Shown: positions 48,707-58,404 of the stretch, piece by piece | Layout: each line of letters begins with the position of its first letter | Position numbering within the stretch: the stretch's first letter is position 1 | Assembly (NCBI GenBank): GCA_034439715.1 | Contig: JAWXAY010000033.1 | Location: forward strand, 15,647 to 79,646 | Source of the DNA: Pseudomonadota bacterium | GTDB lineage: Bacteria; Bdellovibrionota; Bdellovibrionia; Bdellovibrionales; SG-bin7 | DNA length: 64,000 nt | Direction of reading: 5' to 3' | Program-made: the position numbers and the translations under genes | The notes under the pieces: generated by a model | Told to the model about the DNA's origin: nothing | Database searches by the model: none | What the model saw: the letters and a program-made list of their open reading frames with translations, nothing else

Positions 48707-49798
48707 ATGAATATCCCCCGTACTTCTCAAAACTTTTATTCGTTTACAATGAAAACTTTGCGTGAGTTTCTAGTCCAATTTGGAAAAGAAAAATTTCGAG
48801 CCGAGCAGCTTTTTCGCTGGGTTTATATCGAGGGTGTTACTGATTTTAATCTCATGACAAATCTCTCCAAGGCCTTTCGTGAAGAACTGACAAAAGTTAT
48901 ACATTTTGAGTTGCCTCAAGTAGTAAGCCATCTCAAAAGCGAAGACGGCACGCAAAAACTTTTACTGAATGTTGGCGACAAAAAAACCATAGAGGCCGTT
49001 TTGATTCCCTCAGATGGTCGCCTGACTTTATGTGTATCTTCAGAGGTGGGCTGCAATATGGCCTGTCAGTTTTGTTATACGGGCAAAATTAAGCTTAGTA
49101 AAAGACTTTCAGTTGACCAAATTGTGGGACAATATCTGCGAGCTCGAGAAGTATTGGCTCCTGAAGAGCGAATTTCAAATATTGTATTTATGGGAATGGG
49201 CGAGCCCCTCGATAATCCTCAGAATGTTTTTCCTGCGATTGAAATTCTACATGAAACTTTTGGTATTAACTTGTCGCTAAAAAAAATAACTGTCTCGACG
49301 TCAGGTTTAGTGCCACAAATGCCATTGATCACTGAGGCCGGAGTTAGGCTTGCAGTTAGCTTAAATGCCTCTAACGATGAAGTCCGTTCGCAAATAATGC
49401 CGATCAACAAAAAATACCCCATTAAGGAGCTGCTCGACGCTTGCCGCGAGCACTGTCGTGAAACTAAAGACAAAGTGACACTCGAATATGTGTTGCTAAA
49501 GGGAGTCACAGATTCTTTAGAGCATGCGCACGAACTTTATCATCTGACTAAATCGGTTCCGTGTAAAATAAATATTATTCCGTTTAATGAACACCCGGGA
49601 GCTGATTTCCTAAGGCCGTCAATGAATCAGGTTTATAAGTTTCAGCAGGAATTAATTAATCTAGGTGCTCACGTGCTGCTCCGAAAAACCATGGGTAGAG
49701 ATATTTTTGCAGCTTGCGGGCAACTGACCTCCTTTTATCAGGATCGGCCTGAAAAATTAAATGTCAAAAAACCAATCGAGGGGAATTTGCATGCCTAA
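48707..49798 (+). CDS. rlmN: 23S rRNA/tRNA adenine C2-methyltransferase
   Basis: CVSSEVGCNMACQFC, VFMGMGEP, TVSTSG, SLNAS, NIIPFN, AACGQL. Confidence 0.96.
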   Translation: MNIPRTSQNFYSFTMKTLREFLVQFGKEKFRAEQLFRWVYIEGVTDFNLMTNLSKAFREELTKVIHFELPQVVSHLKSEDGTQKLLLNVGDKKTIEAVLIPSDGRLTLCVSSEVGCNMACQFCYTGKIKLSKRLSVDQIVGQYLRAREVLAPEERISNIVFMGMGEPLDNPQNVFPAIEILHETFGINLSLKKITVSTSGLVPQMPLITEAGVRLAVSLNASNDEVRSQIMPINKKYPIKELLDACREHCRETKDKVTLEYVLLKGVTDSLEHAHELYHLTKSVPCKINIIPFNEHPGADFLRPSMNQVYKFQQELINLGAHVLLRKTMGRDIFAACGQLTSFYQDRPEKLNVKKPIEGNLHA

Positions 49799-50696
49799 CA
49801 TCGTAGTTATCGGAAGCCTTGCTTATGATTCCATTTATACCCCCTCCGGCGCCGCAGAGCGCGCCTTGGGTGGGTCCTCAAATTATTTTTCATTGGCGGC
49901 GAGCCTCTATACTAAAGTGCGCGTAGTAGGCGTTGTTGGAGAGGACTATTTAGCGACAGATTTAGAATTACTAACTCATAGAGGGGTTGATGTTTCAGGA
50001 GTTCAAAAACTTCCGGGCAAAACTTTTCATTGGGCCGGTAAGTATGAGGGCGACCTAAATGAGGCGCAGACTTTAGTGACAGAATTAAATGTGTTTGAAA
50101 CTTTTTCTCCAAAATTGCCCGAAAAATATAGAGACAGTGAGTATGTATTTTTGGCAAACATCGATCCTGATTTGCAAATGTCCGTTCTCGAACAAGTAAA
50201 AAAACCTCGTGTGATCGCTTGCGATACAATGAATTTTTGGATTAGCTCTAAATTAAATTCTCTCAAAAAAGTTATCGAGAAAGTGGATGTTTTACTTATT
50301 AATGAGGGCGAAGCAAAAATTTTGACTGGCGCCCCAAACGCTATTGCTGCGGCACCTCTTCTTAACAAAATGGGGCCAAAAGCTGTGGTGATTAAACGTG
50401 GGGAGTACGGATTTGCTCTTTATCATGATAGCCACTTTTTTATTTTACCGGCTTTTCCAATATCTAAAGTGATCGATCCGACGGGCGCCGGTGATACATT
50501 TGCTGGGGGATTTATGAGTTACTTAGCACAACATAGCGGAGACTTAAGTCGTGAGAGTCTACGAAACGCCTGCATACGGGGAAGCATGCTTGCCAGTTTT
50601 ACTGTCCAAGACTTTAGTATTAGAGCCCTTCTTAAACTGTCGGCAGCGGACGTTGAAAAGCGCCAAGCGGAGTATCGAAAAGTAATATCGCTGTAA
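49791..50696 (+). CDS. PfkB-family carbohydrate/nucleoside kinase (start moved from 49761 to 49791)
   Basis: VIGSLAYD, LGGS, KRGEYG, DPTGAGDTFAGG. Confidence 0.9.
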   Translation: MPNIVVIGSLAYDSIYTPSGAAERALGGSSNYFSLAASLYTKVRVVGVVGEDYLATDLELLTHRGVDVSGVQKLPGKTFHWAGKYEGDLNEAQTLVTELNVFETFSPKLPEKYRDSEYVFLANIDPDLQMSVLEQVKKPRVIACDTMNFWISSKLNSLKKVIEKVDVLLINEGEAKILTGAPNAIAAAPLLNKMGPKAVVIKRGEYGFALYHDSHFFILPAFPISKVIDPTGAGDTFAGGFMSYLAQHSGDLSRESLRNACIRGSMLASFTVQDFSIRALLKLSAADVEKRQAEYRKVISL

Positions 50697-50700
50697 TACT

Positions 50701-50734
50701 AGACCAAAGACCGTCTTTATTTTTGGTCTTTTTT
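50701..50734 (+). terminator. Intrinsic terminator
   Basis: AGACCAAA...TTTGGTCT followed by a T-run. Confidence 0.7.
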
Positions 50735-50762
50735 AGGGCTGGTACCTACCGAGAAAAATCCT

Positions 50763-50789
50763 TAATTAATTCCTATGAATTTCCGATAG
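50763..50789 (+). promoter_or_regulatory. FliA/sigma28-like promoter
   Basis: TAAT-N15-TCCGATAG, 9 nt before ATG 50799. Confidence 0.55.
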
Positions 50790-50798
50790 TTATGGTGG

Positions 50799-51548
50799 AT
50801 GAGTGAACAAAAAGGTGGCGGTAAGTTTGCGATGGGCATCGTGGATGCGCTGTTGGGTAAAGACCAACAGAAGGTCGGCGAACAGCTTCCGGATTTCAAA
50901 AGGTTAGAAACTCCCAAAGGAATTTTTTCGACGCCGGGCCATTTGCCAACAACTGAAGCCGCACTCGCGCAATCCGAAAACCTCAGAGTTGCCCAACAGA
51001 GATTGCTAGAACTCGAAGAAGAAATCGAACGACTGAGACGCGAAAACGAAAAACTAATTGCTGCTGGTCAGACGCTAAATCGTCGAATTGACGAAACTTC
51101 TTCAAAACTCGAAAGCACTACTCGTCGTCTTGGTGAAGATCGAGATTCTCATGAAGATGAAAAGCGGGTTTTGACTGAATCTATCAATGCGAAAGATCGC
51201 GAAATAGGCCGCGTCACAGGTAAAGTTGAAGAGTTAGAAATCCGCCTGAGCACAGACCTTAAAAAAATTCGAGTGAGAGAACGAGAGCTAGAAAATCGAT
51301 TAGAGATAATGAAAATGGAAAGCTCAGCGGTCATCCGTAATAAAGACGAGATTATATTGGATCTCAAGAGAGGTCTTGATCAATTGAACCTAGACATTGA
51401 AAATCAACGGAGTCGGGAGTCAGCAAGTTCGGATAAGCTAGAGAAGGAGCAAGAAAAAACTCGTAGGGCCGTCAAGGCTATGAGGCTGGCCCTTTCTCTT
51501 CTCGAGGATGAAGAACTCTCACAAACGCCACTTAAAAAGGTTAGATAA
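50799..51548 (+). CDS. Coiled-coil hypothetical protein
   Basis: Long E/R/L-rich heptads; heads a putative operon with the GGDEF gene. Confidence 0.75.
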   Translation: MSEQKGGGKFAMGIVDALLGKDQQKVGEQLPDFKRLETPKGIFSTPGHLPTTEAALAQSENLRVAQQRLLELEEEIERLRRENEKLIAAGQTLNRRIDETSSKLESTTRRLGEDRDSHEDEKRVLTESINAKDREIGRVTGKVEELEIRLSTDLKKIRVRERELENRLEIMKMESSAVIRNKDEIILDLKRGLDQLNLDIENQRSRESASSDKLEKEQEKTRRAVKAMRLALSLLEDEELSQTPLKKVR

Positions 51549-51554
51549 ATTCGC

Positions 51555-52568
51555 ATGAGTAATCTGTTAGAAAAAATTCTTAGCTTTGAAGATACTTTGA
51601 CCTTAGACAATTGGTCTGAATGTCTTTCCAGTTGCATGAGATCCTTTCGCGTTGAGCTCGATTGTGAAGACGCGTTTTGGCTTCATGGAAACTTTCTACA
51701 AAACTTAAAGGTAAAGGTTGAGCAAAAGACGATGTTACGAATTCCTCGAGCCAAACTGGGCGAGCCCATTCCCACATTGTTGTCGCTTGAGCCTTTAGCG
51801 CAAGACCAATTTTCGCAGTTGGCGATTGACCTCATTGAAGGCTCCCAGCTTGATATTTCCAAACTTACTAAACCAACTATTATTGCGACCACGCTCAATA
51901 ATTTTTTAATTTGGCCAGTTTATAATAGGCAGTGCGACTATAAGATTGGCGTGTTCATTTTTAGAAATCTGAAAAAGTGGGAAGCTTCGTGGATTCGTGA
52001 GGCCATAATCCCAATTGAAAAAGTTATCTCGCGAAATATAGACGAAGCTTTTCGCTTTATCAAAGCGCGAGAGTTAGCCTTTGTGGATGACTTGACGGGG
52101 CTTTACAACCAGAGGTATTTAGGGCGGGCGTTAGATCGAGAAATTGCCCAGTCTAAAAGACAAAAAATTCCCTTTTCTATTTTGTTTTTGGACGTTGATC
52201 ACTTCAAAATGGTCAATGACAAGTTTGGACATGTTATTGGGTCAAAAATTTTGGCGCAGTTGGGAAGTGTCCTGAAGACTCATGTGCGGGGAAGTGATGT
52301 AGGAATTCGATATGGCGGAGATGAATATCTGTTGCTGCTGACAGGAGCCAACGCTAAAAACGCAAGCATAGCGGCCGAGAGGATACGAAAAATAATTGCG
52401 GCTCAGGACTTCGAAATTGCAGGTAAGCCCTATAAGATAACTGCCAGCATTGGTGTGGCCGCCTTTCCAGAGCATGCAATGAATAAAGAAGAACTTATTA
52501 ACTTGGCCGACCAAGCAATGTACAACAGTAAAAATTCGGGAAGAAATAAAATTTACTTAGCTAGTTAG
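51555..52568 (+). CDS. Diguanylate cyclase (GGDEY) with GAF-like N-terminus
   Basis: DDLTGLYN, DVDHFKMVND, RGSD I-site, RYGGDEY, ADQAMY, GRN. Confidence 0.92.
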   Translation: MSNLLEKILSFEDTLTLDNWSECLSSCMRSFRVELDCEDAFWLHGNFLQNLKVKVEQKTMLRIPRAKLGEPIPTLLSLEPLAQDQFSQLAIDLIEGSQLDISKLTKPTIIATTLNNFLIWPVYNRQCDYKIGVFIFRNLKKWEASWIREAIIPIEKVISRNIDEAFRFIKARELAFVDDLTGLYNQRYLGRALDREIAQSKRQKIPFSILFLDVDHFKMVNDKFGHVIGSKILAQLGSVLKTHVRGSDVGIRYGGDEYLLLLTGANAKNASIAAERIRKIIAAQDFEIAGKPYKITASIGVAAFPEHAMNKEELINLADQAMYNSKNSGRNKIYLAS

Positions 52569-52579
52569 GATGACTGGTA

Positions 52580-53659
52580 ATGAAAAAAATTAAAATTGTC
52601 GTGAGTGACCTGCATCTCGGTAAGGGCCGTCTCCTTGAGGGGGGTGCTTTAAACTCTCTAGAAGAATTTTACTTTGCAGAAAAATTTTCTGAATTTTTGT
52701 CCTATTATACTTCGGGCGAGTACAAAGGATACCAGGTTGAGCTGGTTCTTAATGGCGACATTTTTAATTTTCTTCAAGTTGATTTTCGTGGACATTTTTT
52801 AACGGTTTTGACCGAGGGCGTTTGTGTGGCAATTTTGAAATCCATTGTCGGGGGGCACCCGCAATTCTTTAAGGCTCTCAGCGAATTCGCCGCTATAGAG
52901 GGCAATCAAATTACCTATGTGGTTGGCAATCATGATCAGGGAATGTTTTGGCCTGCTACCCGAGCTCATCTCGACCAGGTCGTTGGCAAAAAAGTTCGCT
53001 TCAGAAATCTCGTCTATTATTTTGATGGCGTGCATATTGAGCATGGTCATATGTACGAAGCAGCAAACCGACTTGAGACAAAAAGATTTTTTCTGAAAAA
53101 AAACCTACCAGAGCCAATTTTGAATCTGCCGCTGGGTTCCCATTTCTTTGTGGAGTTTGTTCTAAAGATCAAAGAAGTTTGGCCTTACGTCGATAAAATA
53201 AGACCCTTTCGAAATATGATCCGCTGGGCTATATTTACTGAACCTTGGCTTATGTTTTCGGGAACGCTCAAACTTATTTGGTACTTTCTCAAAGTGGCTC
53301 TAACCAATGATCCCCGTCGGCAGGTTTCTATAAAAAAAATCCTACACGTATTTTTAGAAAGCGCCGTATTTCCTGATTTAAGCGAAGCTGCAAATAAGAT
53401 CCTGCAGGACGAGCGTGTTCATACTGTGGTATTTGGTCACACTCACGTTTACCAGTATAGGCAGTGGGCCGACGACATGGAGTATTTCAATACGGGCACT
53501 TGGACCGAGCTAACTTCGCTCGACATGTCCTCCCTTGGCAAGATCACGAAACTTACTTACTGTCTTATAGAATACCCACAAGATGACGGCCGCCCACGGG
53601 GCCGGTTAAAGGAGTGGCGAGGCTATCATCGTATCGAAGAAGATGTAGCGATCGCGTAA
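52580..53659 (+). CDS. Calcineurin-like metallophosphoesterase
   Basis: SDLHLG, NGD, GNHD, HGH, GHTH, NTGTW. Confidence 0.88.
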   Translation: MKKIKIVVSDLHLGKGRLLEGGALNSLEEFYFAEKFSEFLSYYTSGEYKGYQVELVLNGDIFNFLQVDFRGHFLTVLTEGVCVAILKSIVGGHPQFFKALSEFAAIEGNQITYVVGNHDQGMFWPATRAHLDQVVGKKVRFRNLVYYFDGVHIEHGHMYEAANRLETKRFFLKKNLPEPILNLPLGSHFFVEFVLKIKEVWPYVDKIRPFRNMIRWAIFTEPWLMFSGTLKLIWYFLKVALTNDPRRQVSIKKILHVFLESAVFPDLSEAANKILQDERVHTVVFGHTHVYQYRQWADDMEYFNTGTWTELTSLDMSSLGKITKLTYCLIEYPQDDGRPRGRLKEWRGYHRIEEDVAIA

Positions 53660-53661
53660 GT

Positions 53662-54888
53662 ATGATATTTTTGACTGAATCCACAGTTAAGGCCACTCAA
53701 AGCGAAACCGAATTGGCGTTAGCAAGCGTTGAGAAGGTTTTATCGAGAATGGATTTGGGTTTTTTGAAAACACCCGAGCGCGCTCATTTGTGGAAATCCA
53801 GCCAGGAGCGAGCCACCCAATTAAGAAATACCTGTCAAACAATGATTGTTTTGGGAATTGGTGGGAGCGCGATGGGCGGACGCGCCATTCAAGAAATATT
53901 TGAAACAAGCCACTCAAAATTCAAAGTCGAGTTTATAGATAATATAGATAGCCATAGTTTTTGGAAAAAAATAGAATCGCTTAAAGATCTAGAGAAAACC
54001 CATTGGGTACTCGTGTCCAAGAGTGGAAATACACTTGAAACTCTGGCGATGGGGAATTATTTAAATCAGTTTTTAGCAGATAAAGGCATTGAAATTAAAA
54101 ATGTCTGTACTGTTGTTACAGAACCTAAAGAAAACATCCTCGCCAGATGGGCAAAAAAAAACCAGGTGCCAATGTTAGAAATTCCACTCGACGTGGGTGG
54201 GAGATTTTCGGTTTTGACTCCAGTGGGACTTCTGCCGGCAGCTTTTTTGGGAGCCGACCTTGAACAGATACGCCAGGGTGCGCTTTGGGCCGCTAGCGAA
54301 AAGGAGTTAGCCACAAACCTTGTAGCGCTCAGTATGGCAAGTTTTAGGCGCGAGGAGTGGATAACATGTTTTTGGAGCTACTGTGATAGTTTAAAAAGTT
54401 TCGGTTTTTGGGTGCAACAGTTGTGGGCCGAATCCCTCGCTAAAAAAACTACTAGAGAGAACAAGCCCGCGCCTCGTGCGAGTACACCTATCCCATTAAT
54501 TGGATCCCGTGATCAACACTCCGTCCTGCAGCAAATTGCTGAGGGGCACCGCGATAAATTTATTTGGTTTATTAGAGTCTCTGAAGGCGAAGATTACGGA
54601 GCAATTCTTAAAAAAGATATTTTTGGTGCTGACGTAAATTACGAAAATAAAAACCTAGGTCGAGTTTTTGCTGCCTTGGCAGTGTCAACTACCCAAGGCT
54701 TGAAGCAAGTAGGAGTAAACTCACTCACCCTACGTCTGGGACGGCTACAAGAAAAAGAGGTCGGTGCGCTTTTTATGATTTTTCAAGTGGTGGTGGCGGC
54801 CCTCGGTGAGTGTATGGATATCAACGCGTTTGATCAGCCCGGCGTCGAGCTAGGCAAGAGGCTGGCCAAAGAGATTCTTCAGAACTGA
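53662..54888 (+). CDS. pgi: Glucose-6-phosphate isomerase (start moved from 53614 to 53662)
   Basis: GIGGSAMG, SKSGNTLET, VGGRFSVLT, QQLWAESLAK, DQHS, FDQPGVELGK. Confidence 0.93.
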   Translation: MIFLTESTVKATQSETELALASVEKVLSRMDLGFLKTPERAHLWKSSQERATQLRNTCQTMIVLGIGGSAMGGRAIQEIFETSHSKFKVEFIDNIDSHSFWKKIESLKDLEKTHWVLVSKSGNTLETLAMGNYLNQFLADKGIEIKNVCTVVTEPKENILARWAKKNQVPMLEIPLDVGGRFSVLTPVGLLPAAFLGADLEQIRQGALWAASEKELATNLVALSMASFRREEWITCFWSYCDSLKSFGFWVQQLWAESLAKKTTRENKPAPRASTPIPLIGSRDQHSVLQQIAEGHRDKFIWFIRVSEGEDYGAILKKDIFGADVNYENKNLGRVFAALAVSTTQGLKQVGVNSLTLRLGRLQEKEVGALFMIFQVVVAALGECMDINAFDQPGVELGKRLAKEILQN

Positions 54889-54927
54889 ATTGTCTGAACC
54901 CTAAAAACCTTCATATAATTAAGCTAC

Positions 54928-55878
54928 ATGGCAAATAACAAAGATGAAACAGAAGAGCCAACCGCACCCGGTGAAAAGACGAGTGTTATATCTGGTGATA
55001 CATTTAAAGGTCGCCTGGCTGAAGCGGTTAAGGAGCCGCCATGTTTGGTGTTGTTAGTTGGCCCTACTAGATACATTGGTAAGCAATGGCCCATTACCGG
55101 CACTGATTTAATTATCGGCCGTGCCTCTCAGTCACAAATTTATATAGATGATCGAAGTGTTAGTAAATCCCACGCTAAAATTATACTGTCAGAACTTAAC
55201 GAAGTTTCAATTGTCGATTTAGAGTCCACAAATAAAACAGTTATCAATGGTCGGCCAGTGCCATCGCTAACACCTGTAAGACTACAAAACAATGACCAGC
55301 TCAAAACCGGAAATGTTATTTTTAAATTTCTGGAAAGAGGCAATATTGAAGCCATGACTTCAAAGGACATTCATGATCGTACGCAGCTCGATGGTCTGAC
55401 GAAAATTTTTAATAAGTCTTCATTGTTAGAGCATGGGATCGAGGCTTTTAAGAGGGCGCAGTTGATGCAGTTTCCGATAACAGTTATTAATTTTGACCTC
55501 GATCATTTTAAAAATGTAAACGATACTCACGGACACCTAGCTGGCGACTATGTTTTAAAAGAAATCGCTGAGCTGGTAAAAACAAAATTTATTCGTGGAG
55601 ATGATTTCTTTGCGCGCTTTGGCGGTGAGGAGTTTGTCATTATTCTCCATGGAAGTACAGCGGCGCAAGGGTTAGAGATTGCGGAGCGTATCAGACTCAA
55701 TATTCAAAAGCATCAATTTGTGTTTGAAGGAAATAAGTTACCCATTACTATTTCTGCGGGAGTGGCCGAGAAGAGTCCCTCGATGGCCGACTGGGATGAT
55801 CTCTATAAAAAGTCAGATATGGCCCTTTATCAGTCTAAAAATAGTGGCCGTAATAAGGTGACAAAAGGCACAACCTAA
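54928..55878 (+). CDS. dgcB: FHA-GGDEF diguanylate cyclase (DgcB-like)
   Basis: N-terminal EKTSVIS tail; FHA motifs IGR, SVSKSHA, DLESTNKT; RGDD I-site; RFGGEEF; adjacent to pgi. Confidence 0.8.
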   Translation: MANNKDETEEPTAPGEKTSVISGDTFKGRLAEAVKEPPCLVLLVGPTRYIGKQWPITGTDLIIGRASQSQIYIDDRSVSKSHAKIILSELNEVSIVDLESTNKTVINGRPVPSLTPVRLQNNDQLKTGNVIFKFLERGNIEAMTSKDIHDRTQLDGLTKIFNKSSLLEHGIEAFKRAQLMQFPITVINFDLDHFKNVNDTHGHLAGDYVLKEIAELVKTKFIRGDDFFARFGGEEFVIILHGSTAAQGLEIAERIRLNIQKHQFVFEGNKLPITISAGVAEKSPSMADWDDLYKKSDMALYQSKNSGRNKVTKGTT

Positions 55879-55883
55879 GACTT

Positions 55884-56411
55884 TTATTTTTCTCCCTTTC
55901 GCGATTTTGTAGGGCGAGAAATATTATTTTGGTAGGCAAATCCAGCAAAATGTTTTTTTGCTGCTTTGTTGTATGCCAGCGCGGCTTCGTCCTCGGAATT
56001 AAAATCTCCAAGACTGATAGAAATACCTTCAACACTAATCCCCGCGCGCCAAGTACCTTGTGCCTTGATATAAGAAACACCCTTAAAGCGTGATGAAGAG
56101 CCACTCCGTCGTTTAGGGAGGAGCTGTTGACGTTCTTGCAAAGTGCAAACAACCAGATTCTCTTTGCGATAATCTAAGCTATCGTTAAAGCGTCGGGGAT
56201 AAACTTGTTTTTGATTTTTAGGTTTCATCAAAAAACGCCCCAGAGTCATGGTCAGTACTTTTTTACCTTCGCGATAAGAGGTGACGACTCTGTTTCGACC
56301 AGTTGTGCCTTGAGTGACACGCCAAGAATATTCGCTGACTCTGTCCAGATCCTCGCTATCAATCTTTACCTTGTAATTAGGATGAGCCTTTAAATAACAC
56401 CATGCTTTCAT
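55884..56411 (-). CDS. AP2-domain protein with degenerate HNH-like domain
   Basis: SSRFKGVS...WRAGI...LGDFNSEDEAALAYNKAA AP2 domain; upstream VYPRRFNDSLDYRKENL lacks the catalytic His/Asn. Confidence 0.8.
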   Translation of the reverse strand: MKAWCYLKAHPNYKVKIDSEDLDRVSEYSWRVTQGTTGRNRVVTSYREGKKVLTMTLGRFLMKPKNQKQVYPRRFNDSLDYRKENLVVCTLQERQQLLPKRRSGSSSRFKGVSYIKAQGTWRAGISVEGISISLGDFNSEDEAALAYNKAAKKHFAGFAYQNNISRPTKSRKGEK

Positions 56412-56613
56412 GAGTAAATTTTAGCATAAAAGGTGTGACCTAACATTTTGTAACGCACGAAATTACGAAATCTTAGTTCATATTTTTGTGCCAATTTTGG
56501 TCCCTGGTGCACAATAACCAGGCATGGAGTTTGAAGTAATATCCAGCAAGGTGTTCGGGTGGGACCAAACGGCACCACCATTAATATCCTTTATCCCCAA
56601 GTTAAGGAGGCTC

Positions 56614-57294
56614 ATGAAAGCCAAAGAAAATAACGAAATTATTATTAACCAGAAGTCCAGCATCGGACGTCTATATATCGGTTCTGAGGAATCCGCTAAG
56701 GATGGCGTACTAATAGAACAGGTAAGAGGTGGCGACAAGCAGGCCTTCTCAGAACTTGTAAAGAAGTACCAGAGACAGGTATTACGCCTGGCTTTACGGC
56801 TCGTAGGAGAGCTAGAAACGGCGGAGGATGTGGCACAAGAAAGTTTTTTTAAGGCCTATCAAAAGCTCAATTTTTTTGAAGGCCGATCGGCATTTAAAAG
56901 CTGGTTATTTCAAATTACGGTAAATACAGCAAAAAATAAACTCCGTGGTAAACGCCGTGATTTTATTTCACTCGATAAAATTAATCTTGCGGTGAGCGCT
57001 CAGGCCGAGCTTAAACTCGAGACCACGGCCTTGAGCCTTCTCATTCAAAAAGCGGTGAGCGAGTTGCCAGAACGTCAACGTTTGGCTTTAGTTTTAAGAG
57101 TGTTCGAAGATCTAAGTTTTAAAGAAGTCGCCGAAGTTATGGAGTGCCCTTATGATACTGCGAAAGCCAACTATAGACATGCACTATTGAAATTAAAGAC
57201 TCAAATCGCGGACGAAGATTTGCTCAATTGCTTTGGTGACAGCGATATATTTGTATCAAATTCAACCGTACTATTAGAAGGAGTAGAAGCATGA
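56614..57294 (+). CDS. ECF RNA polymerase sigma factor (start moved from 56524 to 56614)
   Basis: AAGGAGG RBS; AEDVAQESF, FKSWLFQITVN, LPERQRLAL, LSFKEVAEVM. Confidence 0.9.
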   Translation: MKAKENNEIIINQKSSIGRLYIGSEESAKDGVLIEQVRGGDKQAFSELVKKYQRQVLRLALRLVGELETAEDVAQESFFKAYQKLNFFEGRSAFKSWLFQITVNTAKNKLRGKRRDFISLDKINLAVSAQAELKLETTALSLLIQKAVSELPERQRLALVLRVFEDLSFKEVAEVMECPYDTAKANYRHALLKLKTQIADEDLLNCFGDSDIFVSNSTVLLEGVEA

Positions 57295-57539
57295 ATACAA
57301 TAATCAAAAAAGCCCCGATAAATCCAAATTGGTGGCAAAAACTGGCGCTAACTTTGAAGTGGCATAAAAATTCGGGTGTCCCGCTTAGCGAAAAATATTG
57401 GCAAAATTTAAATGATAAGATCATGAGTCAAATTTATATTGATGACAAAAAGATTTCGAGTAATTTTGTCGATAAGAATATCGACAAGAAAAATTTGCCT
57501 GACAAAACCTTACCAGGTCAACTCAGCGTTGAAATTTAA
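57291..57539 (+). CDS. Small protein coupled to ECF sigma (possible anti-sigma)
   Basis: 4-nt overlap with the sigma gene, GGAG RBS, YWQNLNDKIM segment. Confidence 0.5.
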   Translation: MNTIIKKAPINPNWWQKLALTLKWHKNSGVPLSEKYWQNLNDKIMSQIYIDDKKISSNFVDKNIDKKNLPDKTLPGQLSVEI

Positions 57540-58272
57540 AAGTCGCGATGCAGGCCACTTCTTGAGGTGGCTCTTCGTGACCGGAGTGCACACTGTCAAA
57601 GTGTACAAGTTTTACTTGCGGCAACTCTCGTAAAACTTCGTTGAGATTGACGGGTTCGTTTTCAAAAAACCAAACTGAGCCATACTCTTTTAAATAATCT
57701 TCTAAGACCTCTCTTTTAAAAACAGCGTCAGGTCGGACCGTATTGGGCTTTAAGATGAGATTGGCGTGTTTAGCATCAAGCGGAAAATCGAGGTTTTTGA
57801 GGCTTTCCACTGTGCCTTTCCACATACTTTTGGTTTCGCGTGCGGTTAAATAGGCCACATCAACACCACACTTTACTAATTCCTGAACGAACTCTACGGC
57901 GCCCTCGGAGGGAATATCAAAATGTAGGTAAGTGTTCGAAAAAAAGTGTTTATGCCAGAATTTTTTAAGTTCATGAAAAAACTCATAAGAGCTGTCCATA
58001 AGGCCAACCCGTTCGAGGGCGTGTTCGATGTCCCAGTCGTCAGGATGATGAACATAGTTTTCAAGAATTTTTGATTCCTTGAAAAAGCGGCTCGCGATTT
58101 TGTCTGTAGCACCGAAATCTCTGAAAATTTGGGTCATACGTGGTGAGACTTCGAGAAGTGTGGAGTCTAAATCAAAAACAGCAGTTACTTTTTTAAGCCG
58201 CCCATTATACTGGCGGACTTCCTGTTTAATAGCGTCGAGGATTTGTTCTATTGTGCGTAAGTGTTGCGTCAT
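57523..58272 (-). CDS. HAD-superfamily hydrolase
   Basis: VFDLDSTL motif I, YLTAR, FFENE. Confidence 0.8.
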   Translation of the reverse strand: MTQHLRTIEQILDAIKQEVRQYNGRLKKVTAVFDLDSTLLEVSPRMTQIFRDFGATDKIASRFFKESKILENYVHHPDDWDIEHALERVGLMDSSYEFFHELKKFWHKHFFSNTYLHFDIPSEGAVEFVQELVKCGVDVAYLTARETKSMWKGTVESLKNLDFPLDAKHANLILKPNTVRPDAVFKREVLEDYLKEYGSVWFFENEPVNLNEVLRELPQVKLVHFDSVHSGHEEPPQEVACIATFKFQR

Positions 58273-58404
58273 AAATTGCTTAAGGTGCCAAGCCGTAAAA
58301 GAGAATTTAACAGATATGTTTCAATCCTTACAAAATCTCATATCACGGGCCGGTTGGCCACTATTTATTGGCCATGGAATTCTTTTCTGGTTATAAGGCA
58401 AGGA

